64,000 bases of DNA from Octopus sinensis. Its lineage: Eukaryota. Positions 53,958-64,000 of the stretch are shown piece by piece. Location: assembly GCF_006345805.1 (NCBI RefSeq), contig NC_043010.1, positions 38,750,001 through 38,814,000 of the forward strand, in the 5' to 3' direction. Position 1 is the stretch's first letter. Every line of letters starts with the position of its first letter. The notes under the pieces are model-generated. The model saw nothing but the letters and a program-made list of their open reading frames with translations. It searched no databases and was not told where the DNA came from. The position numbers were made by a program, and so were the translations under genes.

Positions 53958-55352
53958 CTAGCTCCGGCAGAGAGATAATCCGGCGTACGGCCCAAAACTA
54001 AAGGATGAATTGATAATAAAGCATTTTTTGGTACCCTACCGTCTCAGATTTCTAGCATAGAGTATCACATTTGGAGAATTTTGTATTACTGTGACCTTTG
54101 GAGATTACCATAAAGCAACAGGATAAACAACATTCTTGGTTTTACCATTTGGTATGATTATGAAGAGATTGTTGCTATTTCCAACTCTGGAACAGGCAAC
54201 ATAGCGCTGACCATGGGCAAATCATTGCTGCATGAGGTGAAGTCCAACGATTGCTAGTGATTGTCTTTGACTTGTTAATTGACATTGCAAAACTAACTCT
54301 TATTGAAAATTTATATCTCTTGAATTCAAGTGTCATGTCTACTGGAATCAGTGGAATTCTTGGAATAAGCACATTTTCTCCTTTTCCTTTCCAATGGGGA
54401 TTGTTACTTTCAAAAAAATGCGGTTGTATTTGCCTAACAATCAGTCTTTTCCCATTGCACAGTTTTGGAGGTTTCAGATTTCTCAAAAGCATGATTGGAA
54501 CTCCTTTCCTTAATGTCAGTTACAGAGAAGGCGTTCCAGAAGAATCCATGGAGTTAAGAAACTCAGTAGGATAATTCACAGCATCATTGTGGTCCACAGC
54601 ATTATGAACTTAGGGAACAGTTTTCCTCCGTATTGATTGACTGCATAAATTCCAATTGACAACCTTGACAGTTTCATTCTTTGGTGCAAGTAGGACTCTT
54701 TCAAAAAGTCAATCATGGTCTTGAAAATTATGTCCAATGTTTGGGCAAACGTTGGTAATCAGCTCTTCTATAGTTTTAACCAAAATGCCACAGGCATTTG
54801 AAAAGGTGATGTCTCCATAACTGTTTTGCTGAATGCTTCCATTTCCCTGATCCAGCAGCTGAGCTGCAAATCTTACAGCATCAAAATCTCTGAGTAAACT
54901 GACTCCACCGAAAGTCTGATCTGGCCGAAAGTTCGATTTGGGCGGAAGTCCGATTTAGGCCGAAAATCTTCAATATTTCCTTCTTCATTATTTCCTTCTG
55001 TGAGCCTCAATTAAAAAAAAACTCCGGGGAACTTCGAAACCGCATGAACACGAAACCTCTCACTCTTAACTTGGATCTAGTTCTAAATGAACTGAATTGA
55101 AAATATTTTTGAAATTCAAAGTTTTGGTATTTCTTTAAATTCAGTTTAAAATAAAACCGTGTAAGTACACAAATTTTTGGAAACCTCATCCAGACCTCAT
55201 CGCAATGCTGGAAGTCCAAGTACCATATGAAGGGCAGATTGTCAATCCCGGGATAAACATGATTCCAAAACGGTATAATATATCTAAATAGAACAAATTT
55301 AGGCTAAAATACAGGGGTCCAGGATGGACAGACAGAATTTCACTTTTATATA
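53958..55352 (-). mobile_element. Internally deleted Helitron carrying the PIF1 helicase C-terminus
   Basis: Helicase remnant 54105-54900. 5'-like end tataaaagtgaaattctgtctgtc (~55350) resembles the 5' end at 9466. Candidate 3' ccgg..ccgg hairpin plus CTAG at 53958-53961. Confidence 0.7.
54105..54900 (-). pseudogene. Helitron RepHel PIF1-like helicase C-terminal fragment
   Basis: NYPTEFLNSM...GVPIMLLRNLKPPKLCNG...GENVLIPRIPLIP...FAMSINKSK...FAHGQRYVACSRVG...KTKNVVYP, with stops and frameshifts. Confidence 0.9.
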
Positions 55353-55423
55353 CATACATACATACATACATATATATCTATATATCTATATCTATGTGTG
55401 TGTATGTGTGTGTGTGTGTGTGT

Positions 55424-55704
55424 AGGCGCAATGGCCCAGTGGTTAGGGCAACGTACTCGCCAGACCGGGCGTTGTGAGTGTTTATTGAGCAAAAACATCT
55501 TAAGCTCCACAAGGCTACGACAGGGAGTGGTGGCTATCCCTGTTGTGCTCTTCCGCCGCAACTCTTTCTCAGTCTTTCTTCTGTTGGCGCCTACTCGCTG
55601 AGCCAGTTGAGTGGTGTCATTTGAAGGCTAAAACAATGTAAAGTGCTTTGTGATCAGCGATGTGTAGCAACATCTGACAGCCTGGTCGGTCACGGTGATT
55701 GCAG

Positions 55705-55707
<3 letters not shown>
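55424..55707 (+). mobile_element. tRNA-derived SINE family D
   Basis: Head aggcgcaaTGGCCCAGTGGttaggg (A box, B-box region deleted); distinct body ending gatgtgtagcaacatctgacagcctggtcggtcacggtga. Confidence 0.65.
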
Positions 55708-55770
<63 letters not shown>

Positions 55771-55792
55771 TATATATATATGTGTGTGTATG

Positions 55793-56122
55793 TTTTTAAA
55801 GACTCCGCCGGTTACGACGACGAGGGTCCCAGCTGATACGATCAACGGAACAGCTTGCTCGTGAAATTAACGTGCAAATGGCTGAGCATTCCACACAGAC
55901 ACGTGTACCCTTAACGTAGTTCTCGGGGATAATCAGCGTGACACAGAGAGTGACAAGGCTGACCCTTTGAAATACAAGTACAACTCATTTTTGCCAGCTG
56001 AGTGGACTGGAGCAACGTGAAATAAAGTGGCTTGCTCAAGGACACAACGCGTCGCCGGGAATCGAACTCACAACCTTACGATCATGAGCCGAATGCCCTA
56101 ACCACTAAGCCACGCGCCCTCC
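55793..56122 (-). mobile_element. tRNA-derived SINE family C (tail variant 2)
   Basis: Minus: gggcgcgTGGCTTAGTGGttaggg...gaGTTCGATTCCcgg...ttgctccagtccactcagctggcaaaaatg; tail differs from 8038-8288. Confidence 0.9.
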
Positions 56123-56178
56123 GTGTGTATGTATGTATGTATGTATGTATGTATGTATATGTATATATATACATACAT

Positions 56179-56230
<52 letters not shown>

Positions 56231-57684
56231 TGTATGTATATGTATATATACATGTGTGTGCGTGTGTGTGCGTGTGTACACAAGCATGGCGCGTGCATCT
56301 TTGTATGTGTTTCTGTATGTGTGTCTGTTGAAGTGGGTATAAAATTACCTTTAGAGACCTGCAGGAAATGAGATGAAACAAAGAATCAACAGCAAATTTG
56401 AGCAACAAAGCAGAAGATGATACGTAACAGCTGAAAGAATTTACCTGAGTAGTGTAATATGGAGGAATATGTATTGATCTTTGATAATTTTAGGCTATTT
56501 ACTATTCATTTGCCATTTCTCGTATGTTTTCATAGAAGTCAGGAGATCATTATGTATATGTTTAAATATTTATATATTTATGCCCGAATGCAAATTTGTA
56601 TGTAATCATGTAATTATATATGCATATATGTATGGCCATATTTATGTACGTAATGGATACATATGCACAAGCACACATATATACACACACACATACATAT
56701 ATATGTGTGTGTATGTTTGTATGTATGTGTGCATGTTTAGCGAAATGTTATAAGATCATTAAACGATCTATGCAGCATAATACAATATCTTGTCTCTTTG
56801 TTTCCATTCACTGGAATCATCTACTTACCTGCATAACTACTTTGCTTAACTACTTAACTGCATTGCTCCAAGGTTTTTTGCAAATATATCATTTATTAAT
56901 GTAAATGGGTATGTGTACATCGAAATGCATATTTCATAAACATATTTTTATCATGTACATATTATATGTTCACAAGCACATTATCGCATCATACAGACAC
57001 AACGAAACACGCTATTGTGTATATGTGTGTGCTTGTATTAAATATATGAAGAGCCGTTGATGTATTTATTAATATGAACTTTCGTGAAAATATATGTATT
57101 GTGAACATGTGCTTCAGAGAGTTTGAGAGTGCGCACTTTAATAGCGTTGATAAATGAAGATAATTTATCATCTAGTATCATGGTGTGGAGTGTAACGTGA
57201 GATGTGTCACATATATACATATATCCAAGCTTCGCCGGTTTAATCTCAGATATCGATGTAAATTTTCAAGAGTCCAGTATAACTTAATGGTATTAGCGTA
57301 TATTGTTTGAAATGGTACCAATAAAGTATATTACGGAGTTTAATGATTATTACACTTCGATATATGGGTATATTGCAATATAATATATTACAACGAGAAA
57401 ATGGAGAGTTTTAACTGAAAGAATTTTATCAGTCGGAATTCTCCATCTTTTCCTTGTAATACATACATACATACATACATACATACATGCATACATATAT
57501 ACATGCATACATACATGCATACATACATATATACATACAATCACACACACAGAAACACACACATATATACATACACACATACACGCATACGTAACACATA
57601 TGAAGAAACGTGCGCACATTCGCACATATATGTGTGTATTAATTATACAAGCATACCTCTGTCTATCGGTCTCTACAGCTCTCT

Positions 57685-57727
<43 letters not shown>

Positions 57728-57796
57728 GTGTACTCATGTATGCGGGTGTGTGTGGTCATAAATTGATAAAAGATAACTGTTAGAAAAGTGAGATAT

Positions 57797-57800
57797 ATTA

Positions 57801-57865
<65 letters not shown>
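57797..57865. repeat. (ATT)n microsatellite
   Basis: Direct reading. Confidence 0.95.
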
Positions 57866-58199
57866 GTAAATAGTCTTTTAAGCATTTCTAAAAAGGAAAT
57901 ACCTTGAATTCTTCCAAACTTCTTTGTGTTCTTCGAGTAGCCTTTTCCTAGTTCTGGCTGTCGAGCTTGTTGTTGGTGTATTCTGCTTCGTTCATCTAAA
58001 GGCCAAATAAATATGGTGTACACAGACCAGTTTCACCGAACAAAATCCGTGCAGTTCCATGTTACAATCAATATATGGATATGGAGGTTTAAGGCGATAA
58101 TCTGTAAAGTGATCAGATTTGCTATTAGTCTCTGTTTGAAGTCAGCTCAGAAATTTTATGCCTTGGTTATTTTGTTACTTGACATCTGTCTATATAACT

Positions 58200-58900
58200 G
58201 AATGCTAATGAACCTTTTGTAACCTACAGAAATTTGTTTTTCACTAATTTGGTACTAATTTATTTTTTCTGCAAAAGCGTTTAGATTAGTCAATTAATGA
58301 TATTTTTTAATCAAGTGTTGCGGTTTCTTACTGTTAGTGATTCTCATCAGTTAATTGTACTCATAATTTATCATTTTAAAAATCTTTATCCATCGTAATA
58401 ATAATCATTCGGTTTTTTCCAAGCTTTTGTTAAGATAATTGAATTATCGTTCTTTTTCTTCTCCTTAGAGTCTTTCTTTTGATGTTATGAACACCAGAGG
58501 GAAATTTAATTATCGTACCGATATGATCATCAAAATATTTATCTCTTCCTCTATACGGAATAAAGTTGGACATTTTCCTGACAATGAAATAATTATCTGA
58601 ATATCGAGTTAGTCGGAGTCCTCGATTAACATTTTCAATATTCGTTTTCAGTTTGCCAATATTTAATAATGTTGTAGGAGTAAATCTGAATCCACCCCAA
58701 TAATAAATGTTTTAGTTTTGTTTAAAATTTATTTCGACAAGCTGAATTTAATTTTTCAGTTAATGTTTTGTGGGAATTTTTTGTTACTTTGTTCTATCGG
58801 ATTTAGTATCCATTGGCGTATATTCGTCCTAAAAAATGCTTTGTAATACGACATCTTTTTTCTGTGACTGATATTCCAGCAACATCAATGTCGGTTTCCG
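58200..58900 (-). mobile_element. Decayed Penelope-like element, ORF N-terminal region
   Basis: Open minus frame from ~58696: GGFRFTPTTLLNIGKLKTNIENVNRGLRLTRYSD...KMSNFIPYRGRDKYFDDHI...RTIIQ, then IIITMDKDF. This matches the PLE pre-RT pattern KGLxFxPTP...RxLRL...SxFxP...D.YI...VIMDK. Outer limits are approximate. Confidence 0.55.
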
Positions 58901-59144
58901 AATGATCCGTGCTCTCTGTGTCGTGTCTTCCATCTCAACTGCTTCTTATTCACTGACATACATCCATCTTTAAAAAGATAAGCTATATATTATTGTTTAA
59001 CAATAATTGTATGAATATTTTACATTTAAATCATGAAAAGTGAGTGGCAGGTGATCTTTTAGTTTTGTAGCATATTTTGATCTAACAATCTTGTAAAAAG
59101 ATTATATGAAAGAAACATACTGCAGGCTGTGACAAATCTATTTG

Positions 59145-59325
59145 TAATACATACACACATACATACACACATACATACATACATACATACATACACACAT
59201 ACATACACATACATACATACATACATACATACATACATACATACATACATACATACATACACACACACATACATACATACATACATACATACATACATAC
59301 ATACACATACATACACACACATACA

Positions 59326-59359
<34 letters not shown>

Positions 59360-59424
59360 CATACATACATACATACATACATACATACATACATACATAC
59401 ATACATACATACATACATACATAC
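59145..59424. repeat. (TACA)n array, 5' flank of REL-LINE
   Basis: Direct reading, with CA interruptions. Confidence 0.95.
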
Positions 59425-60245
59425 AAAGATAGGATTCTCAAAGCCAGAAAGGGGAAAGCTGATTCGAAGACTACAGAACCAATTCATCACTGGAACTGTA
59501 AAAATCTGTAAAACATTTAAGAAATTTATCATTTAAGTGATAGGAACATATCTAGATATGCAACTATATGCATGAGAATACGTACATATATCAAAACATA
59601 CAAATCTGCATATACACATACATACATACATACGTACATACATACATACATACATACATACATACATACATACATACATACACACACACACATACATACA
59701 TACATACATACATACATACATACATACACACATACATACACACATACATACATACATACATACATACATACATACATACATACATACACATACATACATA
59801 CATACATACATACATACATACATACATACAAAGATAGGATTCTCAAAGCCAGAAAGGGTAAAGCTGATTCGAAGACTACAGAACCAATTCATCACTGGAA
59901 CTGTAAAAATCTGTAAAACATTTAAGAAATTTATCATTTAAGTGATAGGAACATATCTAGATATGCAACTATATGCATGAGAATACGTACATATATCAAA
60001 ACATACAAATCTGCATATACACATACATACATACATACGTACATACATACATACATACATACATACATACATACATACATACATACATACATACATACAC
60101 ATACACATACATACATATATACAAAAATACAAACAAATATACCCTGTTGCTGATGAGGAAATTCTAATGAAGGAGCTTTGGAGCTAGGATAGGAACCGGC
60201 TCTTTATCTATTGGCAAGAAATCTTAAATAAGACTGAACAATGAC
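59425..60245 (+). mobile_element. REL-LINE extreme 3' end, with a 405-bp tandem duplication
   Basis: KIGFSKPERGKLIRRLQNQFITGTVKICKTFKKFII* starts at 59425 and again at 59830. The distal UTR 60140-60245 (gagctaggataggaaccggctctttatctattggcaagaaatctt) matches the reverse complement of 24076-24170. Confidence 0.9.
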
Positions 60246-60301
60246 ATACATATATTCATACATACATAGACACACACTTGTAAAAAATACATACATGCAT
60301 A

Positions 60302-60347
<46 letters not shown>

Positions 60348-61208
60348 TATATACACATATAAATACACATATGTCGACACGCATACATGTATACACACAC
60401 CGATACAAACATACATATTTGCATACTTACAATTACGTGTACATTGACACGGCTACAGACCTATTCCTACTAATACTCTTATACATAGGTAGGTACACAC
60501 ACAAACATGCGAAGCACGCACACTCTCTCGAATAGGCACATAAGTAATATTACCCGAATGCATATACGTCGACACACCAGTATGGAAGATATATGTGAGA
60601 ACAAAACAACAACAAAAGCACAACAACAGCAACAACTACAACGACAACAATAACAACAACAACAACAACAACAACAGAAACACGTTCACTCAAAAAAAGT
60701 AAAATGCGAAGAAAGTGAAATCAATTTCAAGAATTGTTACAAAATGGCATCATCCAGAATTCCTACAATTTCTTTAACGTATATAAGGAATTCTTTTCCC
60801 CCGGCATCGGAAGCAACACCCAAGAACACCAATGTCGTTGTGACATTATTTCTTTTTTATTTCTTCCAGCGTAAAAATAATTGAGTATCTAGAATAATAA
60901 TAAATCTTTTATTATGCTGATTGGAATAGACAAACAAAACTAAACGAAAGTATTTGATATTCAGCTACTATGGCAAATAAATCGATATAATTATCAATTC
61001 TCATCGATATAGATTGCATTACTTAATTATATTTCAAATGTTACACACATACGCGCGCGCACACACACACACACACATACACAAAAACACACACTTTCGC
61101 GCACACATATATATGTATATATTACCGATTGAAAATCGGGTAACAACCTATACTTATAGAAAATGTACACACACCAACGCAAGTAAAATTTACATATGAT
61201 ATACATAC

Positions 61209-61283
<75 letters not shown>

Positions 61284-61336
61284 TTTCTACATGCCTACGT
61301 ATCAATGTCTACATCTATATCTGTCCATTCATCAAA

Positions 61337-61337
<1 letters not shown>

Positions 61338-61424
<87 letters not shown>

Positions 61425-61425
61425 A
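61338..61425. repeat. (TATC)n microsatellite
   Basis: Direct reading. Confidence 0.95.
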
Positions 61426-61966
61426 TATCTACTTATCTATCTGTATATATGTATGAATGTACGTTTATATGTATACACGTCAAGGGCAATTGCAGAGACG
61501 AAATAAATGACTATTAAATATGTACATCAATAGAAGCAAGATGAAAATACAGAAGTCTCCACATAACGTTATGCCTCTTATACGCTTATGGATAGATGTT
61601 TATTGATATCAAATGGGTCGCGCATTAAACACACATACGTACACACACACACACACACACACACATACACAGGCACACACAGATAAACATACAAACACAC
61701 ACACACAAAGGCACATACACGCATACACACACGTATTTATGTACATAATTATATGCACTTATTCATATATTTACTTATATACATACAAAGTATAATACGT
61801 AGATACATGTATGCATTTACATAGGAATATACATAAATATACAGGTGTCGAAATGAGTGCGCGTGCGCGCTTATGTGTGCCTGTGTGTATGTGTGTATGT
61901 GTGTGTATAAATGTATCTATGATGCATGCATTTGTGGTGTTGCATTTATATTAAGTGTACATTTAC

Positions 61967-62014
<48 letters not shown>

Positions 62015-62030
62015 CATCCATTCCATTCTG

Positions 62031-62069
<39 letters not shown>

Positions 62070-62819
62070 GTACGTACGCACGCACACATATCTTTATATG
62101 TACGCACACAAACACATACACATACACACTACGCTATATACTCATGTGCAGACAATCACACAAAATATAGATACGTATCCTCTGATACACTTATGGTAAT
62201 TAGCGAACAAGGAAAGTTAAGCAACAACCATCAGAGCATAACAATTAGTTAATTCTACATAAACTATTTTCTCGACAATGTATATTTTAATTCACGCATG
62301 TTCTGTCACTATTAATGCTTAAATACGAATCAATATTTGGAATAAATCATCAACTGGAATAGATTTGGGAATAACGATTTTAAAACTAATAGCAACTAAA
62401 TCTATTAAGTTTGCCATATATAATGTCGTTAACGCGTTTCTGTATTTAGTTATGAAGGTTATAACTCTGGGATTGCTTTGGATCAATGCTGTAAAATATT
62501 TTGTATGTAAAGTCAATAGAGTCTAATGCTGTCTGGTGTGTTATATATTTATCCACTCACACTTATTGTCAAATCTACATCCGTGGCTGTTGATTTCTAA
62601 TGAATATTCATTGAACAGAAAAGATTTGGGTGATCACAATGCGTTGAGGCGGTGACACTGACTGTTGCTTATAACAGGCAGCCAGGACAGGATGTTGGTT
62701 TCCTCGTTTTATGATATTCATTTTTGGTATCATATGTTTTAAGTTATACATACATGTGCACACGCCCACACAGAGCATGCATACATATATCTATATGTGT
62801 GTGTGAATGTATATATGCT

Positions 62820-62897
<78 letters not shown>

Positions 62898-64000
62898 TAC
62901 ACACATATATACATATACATATATACACGCACACAGATAATATGAAAGAGTACATGAGAAACGTCACTTCTCCGTTGCGTAAAGTAACTGCACCTGCAGT
63001 AGATGTCATCGCTGCTGCAGATGAAGGACAGTTCTTGTAGCCAGCTTGAAAGCGTGTCAAAGATGATTAATAAACATGAAAAGTCTACGTTGACCTACGA
63101 TCGCCAGCTGAAGCGTACACACACAAACACGCACACATACACGCACACGCACAAATGCATGTGTGAGCCCGCGCGGGTGTGAGTGTATTTGTCTCGCGTA
63201 AAAAATAAAACAAAACCACGAAGACGCGGTAAAGGTACAAACAAACAAACAAGGTGCATTAGATTGACGCTCAGGACGATTAGAAGAGGTCTTTAACGTT
63301 TCGAACCTACGTTCTTCTACGGAAAGGAGAGATGAGGAGAGAGAAAATAAAGAGAGAAGAACAAGTGAGTCTCAATTAAAATCTCATTATGTGCTGAAAT
63401 GAGCGGAAGACGAATAAATGAGCTTCAGAGTAGGTGGCAAGGGTAAGAGGTGGGGAGGCAACATTGATTTGGTATACGTGCATGTAAGCAAGCACTTGTA
63501 TGTGTATGTAGCAAGTTGTATTTATGCGGGTGTATACGTGTGTATGTGTGCGTGAGTCTTTCTGACGCATGTGCCCATGAAGCTTCCAGGCGCGCGCTGT
63601 CTACGTATTTGTTCGTGGTGTGTATTTGTGTGTGCGAGCGTACATGTCTGCGCACACATACACATACACACAGATATATACATACATATATACATACAGA
63701 CAGACACACAGACACACACACAAACGTATATATTCCAACTGGATCGATATCCTTTTACTTGTGTATTTATATCCCCCGAGTTTTTAATAGCACTTAGTAA
63801 CCCGAACTTTATTTGATCCATAAGTCTGATAGTTACCAAGTCTTCAGTTGTCATATAAATAAGAATTTGCTCGAAGATATTTGGTTATGGAAGTGAGTAT
63901 TACTGTTTTTTTTTTATTTCTTCTATGTATCTATTATTCATGGTTAATATTTTGCTTGCAAAATATTTTGTGTGGGTGGAACAGGCGCATACTTTGACGA

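Noticed and set aside
60145-60215. CTGATGA...GAACCGG in the REL-LINE 3' UTR as a hammerhead
   Set aside because: Stem I does not pair convincingly, and the homologous copy at 24.1 kb lacks the CUGAUGA core.
62940-63310. CpG-richer segment with short ORFs on both strands and a cgaaacgtt motif
   Set aside because: No recognisable protein, incomplete ribozyme core and ambiguous splice signals; a promoter or exon cannot be supported from sequence alone.

Overview
Eukaryotic, AT-rich, microsatellite-saturated non-coding DNA. The SINE families and repeat make-up look cephalopod, most likely Octopus (inference, no database used). No host protein-coding gene is recognisable, and nearly all ORFs in the supplied track are translated microsatellites. 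The window holds at least four tRNA-derived SINE families; LINE fragments of several clades (Dong/R4 RT, a REL-endonuclease family at 3 loci, L1/Tx1, RTE, Penelope-like); a complete-length decayed mariner next to a Tc1; two Helitron derivatives; small MITEs; three long fold-back palindromes; and a 100-N gap. Best leads: (1) REL-LINE copies that start immediately after (CATA)n at three loci, plus a Tx1-like LINE inside (TATC)n, suggesting microsatellite-specific targeting; (2) a 1.79-kb insertion with one ORF and no RT, bounded by a 15-bp TSD, that splits a SINE; (3) a ~1-kb near-complete palindrome. Candidate minus-strand exons and a hammerhead-like motif are speculative.
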